A stretch of DNA of 64,000 bases from a plasmid, in the sequence record NZ_CP024587.1; one strand, given 5' to 3'. Of this stretch, positions 1-9,563 are shown piece by piece. The position numbers were made by a program, and so were the translations under genes. The number at the start of each line of letters is the position of its first letter. Within the stretch, counting starts at the first letter, position 1. Below the pieces are notes generated by a model. That model was given only the letters and a program-made list of their open reading frames with translations. It had not been told where the DNA came from and ran no database searches.

Positions 1-831
1 GGGATCGCGGATCGTGGCGTCGGCAAGCGTCGCGTCCGCCCGCGCGAGGACCTCGCCCGGCACGGCCAGGGGCTTGTCCGGGCCCGAAGGACCATGCCTG
101 GCATCGGCGGCCAGACCCTCGGCGAAGTCGCCCAGCAGGCTCTGGGAGGATTCCCGATCCCCGGCCAGATGCAGCGCAAAGGCCGCGAAGAGCACCCGCG
201 CCGCAGGCTGGGCCTTGCGCGAACCGCGCCAGGCGGGACCGAGTTGCCGTGTCAGGGCCCGGCGCAGGCGCGCCTCGTCGATCTCCTGGCTGTCACTCAT
301 GGCGAAGCGCTGCAGCCACTCGTCGAGGTGCAGCGCCGGGTCGGCGGGGCGCGGCGCCTTGGCGGCGGGCATCACCAGCCGGAGCCGGCGCCCCAGCATG
401 GCGCCAGCCGAGCGGTAGAAACCCGCCTGCTCGCGCAGCAGGCCGTCGAGATCGAAGCGCCGACGGAAGCGGCCGGGCGGCGCCCAGACGAAGCACACCA
501 CGGCGAGGGCGCCGATCAGCACCGCCGCCGGCAGGCGGAAGACCGTGTTGACCTGCCCGCACATCCGCACCAGCCGCTCGAAGCTGACCGTCTCGTAGTT
601 GCCCGTGATGACGGCCTCGCGCAGCGCCGCGAGCTCGGTCGTGTAGGGCGAGACGAACGTCATCTTGTGGACCTGCAGCCAGGCCACGGCCGCGACCACC
701 TCGGCGTGGTGCTCGCTCCAGAGCAGCCAGCCCAGGAACCCGAGGCCCACCACGATCACGATGAGGCAGAGCACGAAATAGTCGTCGCCCGATGCCCAGC
801 CGCGGCGGGAGCCGCCTCCCATGGTGCTCAT
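1..831 (-). CDS. Partial (N-terminal 277 aa, runs off left edge) membrane-anchored T4BSS-associated protein, possibly DotM/IcmP-like
   Basis: Not in ORF track. Manual reverse-complement translation from ATG at 831-829 (overlapping the TGA of the upstream ORF, ATGA) gives MSTMGGGSRRGWASGDDYFVLCLIVIVVGLGFLGWLLWSEHHAEVVAAVAWLQVHKMTFVSPYTTELAALREAVITGNYETVSFERLVRMCGQVNTVFRLPAAVLIGALAVVCFVW... with two predicted TM helices then a soluble domain. No stop before position 1. Frame rechecked at two places. Confidence 0.5.
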   Translation of the reverse strand, partial: MSTMGGGSRRGWASGDDYFVLCLIVIVVGLGFLGWLLWSEHHAEVVAAVAWLQVHKMTFVSPYTTELAALREAVITGNYETVSFERLVRMCGQVNTVFRLPAAVLIGALAVVCFVWAPPGRFRRRFDLDGLLREQAGFYRSAGAMLGRRLRLVMPAAKAPRPADPALHLDEWLQRFAMSDSQEIDEARLRRALTRQLGPAWRGSRKAQPAARVLFAAFALHLAGDRESSQSLLGDFAEGLAADARHGPSGPDKPLAVPGEVLARADATLADATIRDP

Positions 832-1283
832 GCCGGGGCTCCGAAGAAGACGACGTTGGCGTGGTGTCGCAGCGGTACGATGGTCTGCCGCTCCACCGGC
901 AAGCGGCTGTCATAGCCCGGCAGGTCGTCCAGCCATCGGTTGAGCGGATAGACGATGGCCTCGGGCATCGCCCACGCCTCGATCTCCACGATTTCCCCGC
1001 CAATCAGGCGGCGGAACCGCCGCCGGGTGGCCAGGGCGGCGACGGAGGACAGCTCCATGGAGAAGCGCACAGCGGTATGATCGAGGACCAGGCCGGCGTG
1101 GTCCCGCATCCAGACCAGCACCGGCGAGAGGATGCGCAGCAGGCGCGCGGCCAGGCCGCGCCACGGGCCCTGCCCCACGGCGCGGAAACCCGCCATGCGG
1201 CGCAGCAGCACCATGCGGACGGCATCGGCATCGCCATGCCGCAGGGGGTCGGGGGAACAGGGGATGAATATGGCGCTGGCCAT
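828..1283 (-). CDS. Hypothetical protein (151 aa)
   Basis: Protein-like C-terminal part of ORF 828..1925 starting at MASAIFIPCSPDPLRHG... (ATG about 1283). The upstream part of that ORF is antisense junk overlapping the lytic transglycosylase. Confidence 0.4.
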   Translation of the reverse strand: MASAIFIPCSPDPLRHGDADAVRMVLLRRMAGFRAVGQGPWRGLAARLLRILSPVLVWMRDHAGLVLDHTAVRFSMELSSVAALATRRRFRRLIGGEIVEIEAWAMPEAIVYPLNRWLDDLPGYDSRLPVERQTIVPLRHHANVVFFGAPA

Positions 1284-1339
1284 GCGAGGCTCCGATCTCA
1301 TCCCCGGAGTCTGCCGTTTCGCCGTGCGAACAGCGCCGG

Positions 1340-1915
1340 TCAGCGTGCCGGTGGGACCGCGGATCCCGAGGCGATGCGGCGCAGCCGCTCGGCGTGCTCC
1401 AGCACCCGGCGCAGGTAGCGCGTCTTGTAGACCTCGGTGCTGGAATGATAGCGGCCGACCCCTTCCCAGAAGTCGCCGCCGGCACTGTCCAGCGCGTTGC
1501 GGAGGATCCAGGCGCCGGCCTCGACATTGGCGCAGAAGTTGTTGAGCAGCGCCTCGCGCGCGCCTGCCACGCTGGTGTGCCAGCGCCGGGCCAGGGCTGG
1601 AAGGTGGATCTCGTTGACCTGCATCGGGCCGATATCCACCGTGCCGTTGGTGTTGCCGCTGGTGCGGCCGATCGCGCCCCCCTCGACGGAGAGCAGCAGG
1701 ACGATCGCGCCAGACGGGACGCGGTGCAGGACAGCGGCGGCACGGATGCACTCGGTGGCCGTGGCAACCGTCGTATCCGTCACACCCTCCGCCCGCGCCG
1801 GGGTGAGGGCCAGAAGCGCCAGGGCAGCCGTTGCCGCGATCAGCGGGGCTCTCACGGACTGGCTCCCGGCGAGGCCCGGCGTGCCGGAGCCTGCTCCAGC
1901 CGCAGCGACCTCCAC
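1340..1915 (-). CDS. Lytic transglycosylase (VirB1/TrbN-like, SLT domain); start uncertain, probably about 1860 with a signal peptide
   Basis: SLT-like motifs (...ESGGNTNGTVDIGPMQVNEIH..., YNAG-like region), signal-peptide-like N-terminus; sits in the T4SS operon. Confidence 0.7.
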   Translation of the reverse strand: MEVAAAGAGSGTPGLAGSQSVRAPLIAATAALALLALTPARAEGVTDTTVATATECIRAAAVLHRVPSGAIVLLLSVEGGAIGRTSGNTNGTVDIGPMQVNEIHLPALARRWHTSVAGAREALLNNFCANVEAGAWILRNALDSAGGDFWEGVGRYHSSTEVYKTRYLRRVLEHAERLRRIASGSAVPPAR

Positions 1916-2277
1916 ACTTCGGCAAAGTCGTTGACCAGGAGCGCGTTGGGGCTGCCGGTGCGGCTGATCGCCTCCAGGGCGGCGAGCGCGGCCACGGTCA
2001 GGGGCTCGCCCCGAATCGCCTGCACCCGGTAGCCCAGCAACGCGCCGGGATCGCGCGCCTGCTCGACCCCGAGCGAGCGGCCGGTGGCGGCCTGCCAGAC
2101 CGCATCGGCCGCCGCCATCAGGCTGGGCATCACGCCGTCCGGCGCCCCCGCCAGATCGGCGGGCAGGCGGTGCAGGCGGCCGGAGGCCTCGTCGCGCAGC
2201 AGCAGAGGGCGTCCGTCACGCTCGACCATCGCCTGCAGGACGTGGCCGAGCCGGCCAAGGTCCAGGGAAGGGCTCAT
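1852..2277 (-). CDS. Hypothetical 141-aa protein in the T4BSS operon (size and position compatible with an IcmS-like adaptor)
   Basis: Internal start MSPSLDLGRLGHVLQAMVERDG... at 2277 overlapping the icmT-like stop (ATGA). The N-terminal extension of the 242-aa ORF overlaps icmT and is rejected. Confidence 0.35.
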   Translation of the reverse strand: MSPSLDLGRLGHVLQAMVERDGRPLLLRDEASGRLHRLPADLAGAPDGVMPSLMAAADAVWQAATGRSLGVEQARDPGALLGYRVQAIRGEPLTVAALAALEAISRTGSPNALLVNDFAEVWRSLRLEQAPARRASPGASP

Positions 2278-2522
2278 GCCAGCCTCCGGCGGCGCCAGGC
2301 CGGAACAGCGGGCCGCAGCCGGCCAACCAGCCATCGCCGCAACACCCGCAGCAGTGCCGGGACGGTCAGCCCGAAGAAGCTGATAATCCCGAAGAACGCC
2401 GTGCCGGCGAGGGCGATATAGAGGGTGGTCCAGCTCCAGTAGACCACGAAGCACAGGACCGGGATGCAGGCCCGGGCATCCAGCATCAGGATCCGCACCG
2501 GCAGGGCCGTGTTGCGCCACAT
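2274..2522 (-). CDS. icmT: IcmT/TraK-like small inner-membrane T4BSS protein (about 82 aa)
   Basis: MWRNTALPVRILMLDARACIPVLCFVVYWSWTTLYIALAGTAFFGIISFFGLTVPALLRVLRRWL matches the IcmT pattern (WR...DARA.FP, two TM helices). Start overlaps the dotB stop by ATGA. Confidence 0.55.
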   Translation of the reverse strand: MWRNTALPVRILMLDARACIPVLCFVVYWSWTTLYIALAGTAFFGIISFFGLTVPALLRVLRRWLVGRLRPAVPAWRRRRLA

Positions 2523-3706
2523 CAGCCGATCTCCTTGAGCGCGCGGGCGGCGACGGTCTCGGTGATCCGGCCCTGGCCAAGCGCGTGATGAATGGAAGCC
2601 CGGAAGCTCTGCCCGTCGGTCTCCAGGACCTCTCCGGTGATGAGCGGCCACTCGCCGGGATCGGCGCGCAGCAGGCGGGTGCGTAGGGCGGAATCGAAGG
2701 GGAGGAACTCGCGGATCGCGGTCCGCCTGCCGTCGGCGGAGGGCAGCAGCCTTTGGTTGACCACGAGGCGCAGCGACTGCGCGACCGAGGCCACCAGGTT
2801 GTCGCGCTCGTCGCGCGGGCAGAGCGTGGTGATCCGTTGCATGGTCAGCGGCACGTTATCGGCGTGGATCGTGGTGGTCAGGGCATGGCCGGAGATGGCG
2901 GCATGGACCGAGGCGGCCATGGTGGCGCTGTCGCGGCATTCGCCCACGATGATGTCGGTGGGCTCGCGGCGCATGCAGCCTCGGATGAAGGCGTCGAAGC
3001 TGGGCAGGTCACGTGGCACCTCGGTCTGCGCCATGGTCGAGTTGACGGTCGGGAAGCGGTCGAGCAGAAACTCGATGGGCGCCGCCGCCTCCTGGATGTT
3101 GTAGTGCCCATCCGGGTCGGCCAGCTTGGCCACCGTCATGCCGGCGATCAGGGTGGACTTGCCCGAGCCGGTCCCGCCCGAGACGATCACCATGCCGCGC
3201 TCCGGGAAGCAGGCGGCGAGGATGCCCGGCTCGACCAGCTGCTCGGCGAGCGAGGGCGGCAGATCCGGGATCGGCCGCAGCACGATATTGGCCCCCTCGC
3301 GCCGGGCCGCGCGGATCGGGGTGGCGTTGAGCCGGAAACGCAGACGGCGGGATCGGGATAGGCCGACCTCGTAGCTGACGTCGAAGTCGGCGCCGCCCTG
3401 CAGGCGGGCGGTCCCATCGGCGCCGTAGAGGTGGTTGGTGATGTCGCCGAGCTCGACCTCGCTCAGATTGCCGCGCGTCGCCCGGTGGTTGCGGCCGTGG
3501 ATACGGACCCAGACCGGATGGCCGGTCTGGAACGCGATGCGGGACGCCCCGGCCTCGTAAGCCCAGACCAGCAGCGTATCGAGGCCTGACGCCTGCTTGC
3601 GCGGCTCCACCACCCAGCGCTGGCCCTCGCCGGGCCAGAGGTGTGGGTCGCGCGCCGAGACGGGTTCATTCCCGGGTTCGGGCGAGACCGGCGGGACAAG
3701 GTTCAC
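2522..3706 (-). CDS. dotB: DotB/TraJ PilT-family secretion ATPase of type IVB systems
   Basis: Walker A GGTGSGKST, PilT/VirB11 core (...IVGECRD...TTIHA...), DotB-like N-domain (LDTLLVWAYEAGASRIAFQTG). GTG start at 3706 overlapping the dotC stop (GTGA). The longer ORF-track N-terminus is rejected. Confidence 0.85.
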   Translation of the reverse strand: MNLVPPVSPEPGNEPVSARDPHLWPGEGQRWVVEPRKQASGLDTLLVWAYEAGASRIAFQTGHPVWVRIHGRNHRATRGNLSEVELGDITNHLYGADGTARLQGGADFDVSYEVGLSRSRRLRFRLNATPIRAARREGANIVLRPIPDLPPSLAEQLVEPGILAACFPERGMVIVSGGTGSGKSTLIAGMTVAKLADPDGHYNIQEAAAPIEFLLDRFPTVNSTMAQTEVPRDLPSFDAFIRGCMRREPTDIIVGECRDSATMAASVHAAISGHALTTTIHADNVPLTMQRITTLCPRDERDNLVASVAQSLRLVVNQRLLPSADGRRTAIREFLPFDSALRTRLLRADPGEWPLITGEVLETDGQSFRASIHHALGQGRITETVAARALKEIG

Positions 3707-4680
3707 CGGCAGCCCGCCCCCGGCTGCCAGCGCCGGATGTTGGCCTGAAGGCCGGGCTGGTCGGTGATCCGCACCACGCGGTCGCCGATGCTCAACCGCG
3801 CCCGGCCGCCCTCGGTGTTGCGGGTCTCGAAGACCACCCGGGGCTCCTCGACCAGACCCGCGCGCAGCAGCACCCGGTAGCGGGCCATGCCCACGATGTC
3901 GCGCTGCAGGCGTCCGAGATCGGACAGGAAGATCGTCACCGCCTGCTTCTCGCCCTGCGCCCAACCCTCGGCGACGCCACGGTTCCAGTAGGTGACCTCC
4001 TGGCGGGTGCGCGGCAGCGCCGCGTCGGCCGGCCGGGCCGGGCTGCCCCAGGACCGGACCAGGTAGGAGCGCCAGTCCGGTGGCGCCGAGGTCAGCTGCG
4101 CCTCACGCGTGATCTCGAAGATGCAGCTCGTCTCGCGGGCGACCTGGCCGTTCTTGCCCAGGGCAAAGGCCAGCTGCGCCTCGGAGACGATGGGGGGGCG
4201 CATCAGGGTCTGGCCACCCCCCACCGGCAGAACCAGGGGGCGGAAGTCGTAGGTCCCCGAGAGCTGCGCCTCATAGCGCCGCAGCATCTCGTTGATGGCG
4301 AAGGAGCGGGCGGCCAGCCCGCCCTGGGCGCCGTAGGTCATGGCGGCCTGCCGCAGCACCTCGGCGCGGCCGGTCTCCAGCCCGTCGCCGGGCAGGTCGC
4401 CCGGACGGGTAGCCTGCAGCGCCTCCAGCGAAGGCGGCGCGTCGCCCCCCTCCACCACCGGCAGGGTGCCGGCACCCGTGATCGGCTGGTTCAGCTGACT
4501 GGCCAGCGCCTGGGCGGCGGCGTCGTATTGCGCCTCGCCCGGCATGGGCGGGCTGGACAGGAAGCGGACCGAGCCTTCCGCCCGGGCGGCGGGCGCGCAG
4601 GCTGGCGAGAGGGCCAGGGCCACGAGGGCCGTCGCGGCGAGGAGGACGCCGCGCGAGGTGGCGGGGCGGCGCTCAGACAC
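3703..4680 (-). CDS. dotC: DotC/TraI-like T4BSS outer-membrane lipoprotein
   Basis: Lipoprotein signal (LLAATALVALALSPAC), size about 325 aa, position between dotD and dotB as in dot/icm and IncI tra loci. GTG start at 4680. The upstream 65 aa of the ORF overlap dotD. Confidence 0.6.
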   Translation of the reverse strand: MSERRPATSRGVLLAATALVALALSPACAPAARAEGSVRFLSSPPMPGEAQYDAAAQALASQLNQPITGAGTLPVVEGGDAPPSLEALQATRPGDLPGDGLETGRAEVLRQAAMTYGAQGGLAARSFAINEMLRRYEAQLSGTYDFRPLVLPVGGGQTLMRPPIVSEAQLAFALGKNGQVARETSCIFEITREAQLTSAPPDWRSYLVRSWGSPARPADAALPRTRQEVTYWNRGVAEGWAQGEKQAVTIFLSDLGRLQRDIVGMARYRVLLRAGLVEEPRVVFETRNTEGGRARLSIGDRVVRITDQPGLQANIRRWQPGAGCR

Positions 4681-5155
4681 GATGCACCACCTGGACCGTG
4701 CGGGAAGCCGGATCGAGCTGGACCGTGGCGTAGGCCCCGGCCTGCTCTCCCAGCGCCGCGAAGGCGTCGACCACCGTCGTCGCGGGCAGGTTGACCGTGA
4801 CGGGCACGGGCTGAGGCCGCTCCACGCCCTCGACGCTGGACACCACCACGCGATAACCGACCACGTCGGCAAGCGTCCGTACTCCTTCGGCGAGTGGGCC
4901 GCTCCAGGTGAAGGCGATCGGCCGCTGCAACTCCTCCGGCACCACCTGGCCGCGCCGCGCCGAGAGGTCGGCCCGGCTTACGCCGCCAAGCTGGGATAGC
5001 TGCCGGCCGACCTGCTCCATGGACTGCCGGAGCGCGATCTCCGGGTTGGGCATGCCGGGGGTTGCAATCTCCGTGGTGGGCCCCCCCGTCGCGCAACCCG
5101 CGAGGCCGACCAGTCCGATCAATGCCGGCACCAGCCGGGTGTTCATCCTCGCCAT
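4673..5155 (-). CDS. dotD: DotD/TraH-like T4BSS lipoprotein
   Basis: MARMNTRLVPALIGLVGLAGC lipobox, about 160 aa, secretin-N0-like small lipoprotein immediately upstream of dotC. Confidence 0.6.
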   Translation of the reverse strand: MARMNTRLVPALIGLVGLAGCATGGPTTEIATPGMPNPEIALRQSMEQVGRQLSQLGGVSRADLSARRGQVVPEELQRPIAFTWSGPLAEGVRTLADVVGYRVVVSSVEGVERPQPVPVTVNLPATTVVDAFAALGEQAGAYATVQLDPASRTVQVVHRV

Positions 5156-5282
5156 GCGGGGCCTCCGTTCCATGACGGCGACCATGGGCGACGGCGATGC
5201 GAATGGCGCCGGCAATCGTGGGACTGGCGCATCGTCCGCTTTCGGCAAGGGCTGTGTTCACGTTGAACACAGCCGACGCCCG

Positions 5283-8200
5283 CTATTCCGCAGCCAGCAG
5301 CCGTGAGGATGGGCTGGCAGCGGCGCCGGCCACGTCGCGCAACACGATGCCAAGACCCTTGCCGTCGATCAGCTCGGCCGCGAGTTCATCCACCACGCCC
5401 GCCTCGGCACGGGTATCGAGTTCGCCGCGCTTCAGGCGTTCGTTCTTGCGGCGTTCGATCTCCTTCACCGCTGAGCCACGGTCGAACACCCGCGCCAGCC
5501 GCCGCAGCGCCTCCGAGAAGCCCACCGCCGCGTAGAGGCGGTTGCGCAGGCTGGTGTCCCCCGGCGTCGTGCTCAAGGCCCATAGCTCGACCGGCCCGAG
5601 CGAGTTGACCAGCATCTGCTCGTATTTGGCACCCCCGGCCAGCAGCACCGCAAGGAACGGGGCGCCGTTCGGGCCAGGCCCGTTGAGGGAATAGCGCACC
5701 ACGTCGGCACTCGCGGCCGACAGGTCGAAGCGGGTGATGACCTCCTCGCGCTCCCGCTCGTCGCCGGTGCGCAGGATGAAGCGGCCGGTGCTCTGGGCCA
5801 CGATCGCCTCGCCGATATCCTCCAGGCGCTGCGACGAGAACCCCAGCTGGATGTTGTGCTTTCGCCCCTCGCGCACGTCGAGCTCGGCCTGGGCACGGAC
5901 CAGAGGGCTGCCCTTGGTGCGGTGCCACTCGTCGTAGTCGAGCCGCTTGACCGCCTCCATCGCCTCGCGCATGCGCTCGCGGTGGAAGTCGCGCACCGGC
6001 TCGGGCACCATCTCGGCATAGTCCGGGTGCAGGAAGAAGTTCCGGGCCAGCAGGTGCCGCGCCAGCATGTACATGAGCTCGGTCTGCCGGTTCGCCGCGG
6101 CGGAGCCCGAGGGTGCCACGGCGGCGAGATCGAGCACGATGATACGGGCCGGTCCGAAATCCAGCCGGGTGGGCTTGCTCAGCGAGGGGAAGCGCCGGAT
6201 CAGGTCGTAGACGTAGCGCTCGAACAGGGTGCAGGCGGATTCGCTCGTCTCGGCGATGTGCAGGTCCTTGAAGGCGTCGCGGATCTGGTCCGAGCGCGCG
6301 GCGGCGATCAGGTCCTGCAGCACCGGCACGGCATGGCGCTGCGCCACCTCGGCCAGCCGCATCTCGCCCACCGCGACGAGCGCGTCCACCGCGTCGCGCC
6401 ACCAGGGCTCGTCGCTGCCCAGGTCGATCCCATGGTGCAGCAGCGCCGCGTCGACCTCGGGCTCGACCCCGGCGCGATAGGGCTTGGGCGAGCCGCCGGT
6501 CACGTCGGTGCAGAGCCGGTAGGCCTCGTCGATGACCGCGCCGATCAGCTGCGCCATGCCCTCGAAGGGCGTGGAGGTGTCCGGTGGCGTGGTGGCCAGT
6601 GCCAGGAAGTTCTGCAGAAAGGACCGCTCGAGCGGCAGCGGGTAGTGGCAGCCGACCTGCAGGTCGAAGATGTTGACCTCGTAGCCGTGTCCGAACTGCA
6701 TGGTCACGAAGATCGCCTCATGCTCCCGCCCGGGCCCGAGCGCCTCCCGGATCAGGCGGACGAAGCCCTGCGCTGAAGGACCGATATCGGCCTTGCCGAT
6801 CAGCGGCAGCTTCGCGCCCTTGGTGCCGAGCACCGCCGGGCTGAGGACCAGACCGAGGTTGATGCAGTTGGCCAGGACCGACTTGCCCGAGCCGGGCGGG
6901 GCGATGAAGACGTCGCACACCAGCGGACGCTTGTCGCCGCCGGAGGGATCGTAGGGCCAGATCGCGCCATCGGGCCGGCGGAACAGCACCGATCCCTGCT
7001 CCCACGGCGAGGCGGTGCGGTTCCACGGAAGCATCGCGAAAGCGTCGCCCAGCAGGGCGATCTGCGGGGTGCCGGTGGAGGTCAGCGCCAGGCCCGGCAC
7101 GCTGGACAGCGCCCCCTCCAGGGGATCGCCAGCCACCGCCGTCGCCTTGCAGTTGCCCCAGCCCTCGACCCGTTGGGCCAGGGTCGAGGCGCGCCGGCGC
7201 AGCAGACGGGTCTCGCCGGTCGGTGCCCAGGTGGCGAAGGAGGCTCGCAGGCGGACGCCGATATGGCCGTCGTCGTTGCGGGCCTGACGCAGCGCCTCGA
7301 AGGCCCGCCGGATATCGGCGTTGCCTGGGAACATCGAGAAGAACGTTGCCGCGATCTCCTTGACCTGCATGGCGTTGCGGCCGCCACCCTCGACGGCGAA
7401 CGCGGCGCGCCAGGGGATGCCGTCCTTGCCGAGCCGCGCGGACAGTTCCACGAACGGCCTGGGGTCCTCCGGCCCAACCGCCATGTCGACATGGGCATAG
7501 TCATGGTCGCCGATCCGCACCCGCTGGCCGCTCAGCGTCTCCGCATCGGCATGGAACAGCTGGTCCGCCACGGCCGGCCATAGCATGCCGGGCGCTGCGC
7601 TCTCGCCTCCATCGGGATCCTCGCTCGCCCGTGGCATCACGCGGTCGCCGGGCAGCGTCGCCTTCCAGTCCGAGCCAGCGGTCTCGCGGTAGACCGCCTC
7701 GCGGATCACCCTGAGTGCCTCATGGGCGTTCAGCTCATGGCTGGCGACATCATTGTTCTGCAGCGCGGCGACGACCCGCGACACGAAGGCGGTATGGCGC
7801 GCCGCCATCACCTCGGAGCGCAGGTAATAGCGCTGGCTGTGACCCGAGCGAGGCCCCTCGCGCGACAGCGTCGCCTGCTCCTCGGCCATCTGCCGGCGCT
7901 CCTCCTTGGTCAGGACGGCGCGGCGGGTCCAGAGCACATAGTAGGCGGCCTCCCAGCGCATGATCCTCGGCCACAGCGCGGCGCGCTCGTCGAGCACGTC
8001 CGAGACGTCGAGGCCGAGCTCCCGGGCAATGGTGCGGCAGGAGGCGAGATTGAGGCGGTCGATCTCCACGCCGGCCATTTCGGGATCCGAGACGTACCAG
8101 CCGACGATGGCATGGCCGCGCTCCTCCAGCGCGCCCGAGAGGTCCATCCGTTGCGCCGTGGCGATCCTCGCCACATCGTCGCGCCTGGCCATGCGGCGCA

Positions 8201-8351
8201 TGCCATCGAGGCGAATGACGCTGAGGTAGTCGCATTGCCGGGTGACCAGCGCGTCACCATGCGCGGTCTCGATCGTGCAGTAGGCACTCAGCGGCTGCCG
8301 CAAGGACAGGGACAGTCCGGCGAGCGCGCGCGTAATGGCGGTGGCGATCAT
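5283..8351 (-). CDS. icmB: IcmB/DotO (TraU-like) VirB4-analog ATPase of type IVB systems, 1022 aa
   Basis: Length matches IcmB (about 1000 aa). Walker A FIAPPGSGKSVLANCI. Start overlaps the icmJ stop. Confidence 0.85.
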   Translation of the reverse strand: MIATAITRALAGLSLSLRQPLSAYCTIETAHGDALVTRQCDYLSVIRLDGMRRMARRDDVARIATAQRMDLSGALEERGHAIVGWYVSDPEMAGVEIDRLNLASCRTIARELGLDVSDVLDERAALWPRIMRWEAAYYVLWTRRAVLTKEERRQMAEEQATLSREGPRSGHSQRYYLRSEVMAARHTAFVSRVVAALQNNDVASHELNAHEALRVIREAVYRETAGSDWKATLPGDRVMPRASEDPDGGESAAPGMLWPAVADQLFHADAETLSGQRVRIGDHDYAHVDMAVGPEDPRPFVELSARLGKDGIPWRAAFAVEGGGRNAMQVKEIAATFFSMFPGNADIRRAFEALRQARNDDGHIGVRLRASFATWAPTGETRLLRRRASTLAQRVEGWGNCKATAVAGDPLEGALSSVPGLALTSTGTPQIALLGDAFAMLPWNRTASPWEQGSVLFRRPDGAIWPYDPSGGDKRPLVCDVFIAPPGSGKSVLANCINLGLVLSPAVLGTKGAKLPLIGKADIGPSAQGFVRLIREALGPGREHEAIFVTMQFGHGYEVNIFDLQVGCHYPLPLERSFLQNFLALATTPPDTSTPFEGMAQLIGAVIDEAYRLCTDVTGGSPKPYRAGVEPEVDAALLHHGIDLGSDEPWWRDAVDALVAVGEMRLAEVAQRHAVPVLQDLIAAARSDQIRDAFKDLHIAETSESACTLFERYVYDLIRRFPSLSKPTRLDFGPARIIVLDLAAVAPSGSAAANRQTELMYMLARHLLARNFFLHPDYAEMVPEPVRDFHRERMREAMEAVKRLDYDEWHRTKGSPLVRAQAELDVREGRKHNIQLGFSSQRLEDIGEAIVAQSTGRFILRTGDEREREEVITRFDLSAASADVVRYSLNGPGPNGAPFLAVLLAGGAKYEQMLVNSLGPVELWALSTTPGDTSLRNRLYAAVGFSEALRRLARVFDRGSAVKEIERRKNERLKRGELDTRAEAGVVDELAAELIDGKGLGIVLRDVAGAAASPSSRLLAAE

Positions 8352-9013
8352 GCGGCCTCCGTTCGGCTTGCCTGCCGGGCCGGCGGCTCGGCCCAGGCAC
8401 GCAGCAGCTCCGGGTAGATGTCCTTGTCATCCCGCATCAGGCGCCCGAGGGGGAGCAGGCGGACGCCTTGCAGCAGCGTGCTGCGGTTGACGTAGGCGTG
8501 CGCGGTGAGGCCGAGCAGCGCGCCCCCCAGGGTTCCGGGATCGGTGGTGCGAAGCCGCCGCTCGCAGGCCGCCTCGCGGGCACGCAGCGTGCTCAGGGCG
8601 CGCCAGGCCGCCACGATGACCGGGCTGTTCTGGCGAGGCAGAGTGTCGAGGGCCGGATCCTCACCCGCGGCGAGGAGCGCCAGATGGGCACTCCGCGTGA
8701 TGGCAAAGATCGCCTGCTGCGGCATCTCCGGCAGCCAGATCAGGGTGGCCGCGCGCTCGGCCGAGGCCACGTCCAGATGTTGCGTCAGGTGGCAGAGGGT
8801 GCAGGCCCAGGCGAGGTTGCCGGCCGCGTCGTTGGCGTGGTCGCCGTTCAGGTGAAAGGCCTCCTGCCGGCCCGTGGCGTAGGCGCCACAGAACCGGCAG
8901 GGGGCGGCGTGGGCGGGGGAGACAGGGGACGCCTCCCGCCGGCCTGCTCCGAGAGCCCCGCCCCAGGCGGAGGGATGGGACGAGAGTGGCAGCGACGGGA
9001 GGCGCATCATCAA
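8348..9013 (-). CDS. icmJ: IcmJ/DotN-like cysteine-rich zinc-binding T4BSS protein
   Basis: About 215 aa with CRFCGAY...ACTLCH cysteine motifs, located immediately upstream of icmB as in dot/icm loci. Confidence 0.65.
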   Translation of the reverse strand: MMMRLPSLPLSSHPSAWGGALGAGRREASPVSPAHAAPCRFCGAYATGRQEAFHLNGDHANDAAGNLAWACTLCHLTQHLDVASAERAATLIWLPEMPQQAIFAITRSAHLALLAAGEDPALDTLPRQNSPVIVAAWRALSTLRAREAACERRLRTTDPGTLGGALLGLTAHAYVNRSTLLQGVRLLPLGRLMRDDKDIYPELLRAWAEPPARQASRTEAA

Positions 9014-9023
9014 CCGCCCCGGC

Positions 9024-9467
9024 TCAGTTGAAGGTCACGGGAGCATTGGTGCCGGTGATGGTCGCGGCGCCGCCCGAGGCCGTCTGCGCGGCCTTGCCGA
9101 TCCACACCCCGCCGGTGGCGAACAGCCCGCAGAGAACGATGCCGGCGAGGCCCATCGCGACCTTGCCGCCCTCGCGGTTCTGCGGCTGGCGGGACTGCCA
9201 GAGCGCCCAGGCGCCGCCCACCAGGCAGATCAGCGCCGCGACGTACATCGCCATGGAACCGAGGTTGCCACCGGCGGTGGTCGCCTCCTGCGCCATGGTG
9301 CCGACCTGGGAACCGATGGTGGAGGACTGGGCATAGGCGGTGCCGGTGAAAAGGATGGCGGCCCCCGCCATCAGCACGCTGAAAAGTACGGTCCGGCCGC
9401 GGCGGGCGGCACCCGGCTGGTGCGGGGCGGTGTCGGACTTGAGGAGGATGGACGTCACGGGGATCAC
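9024..9467 (-). CDS. icmD: IcmD/DotP-like small membrane protein
   Basis: 147 aa, two hydrophobic helices, position between icmC and icmJ. Confidence 0.45.
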   Translation of the reverse strand: MIPVTSILLKSDTAPHQPGAARRGRTVLFSVLMAGAAILFTGTAYAQSSTIGSQVGTMAQEATTAGGNLGSMAMYVAALICLVGGAWALWQSRQPQNREGGKVAMGLAGIVLCGLFATGGVWIGKAAQTASGGAATITGTNAPVTFN

Positions 9468-9563
9468 TTTCCTGTTTCGCTACCAGGGCGCCACCTCGGC
9501 GTCCCTGTCAGCAACCTGCGGGCGCTCCATGCGAACGGTGCGGGTTTTTTCGGGGCTCGCCGA

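Noticed and set aside
94-1003. ORFs 94..915(+), 249..551(+), 293..1003(-) at the left edge
   Set aside because: Low-complexity Arg/His/Gly-rich translations. A coherent membrane protein is encoded on the minus strand in a different frame (1..831).
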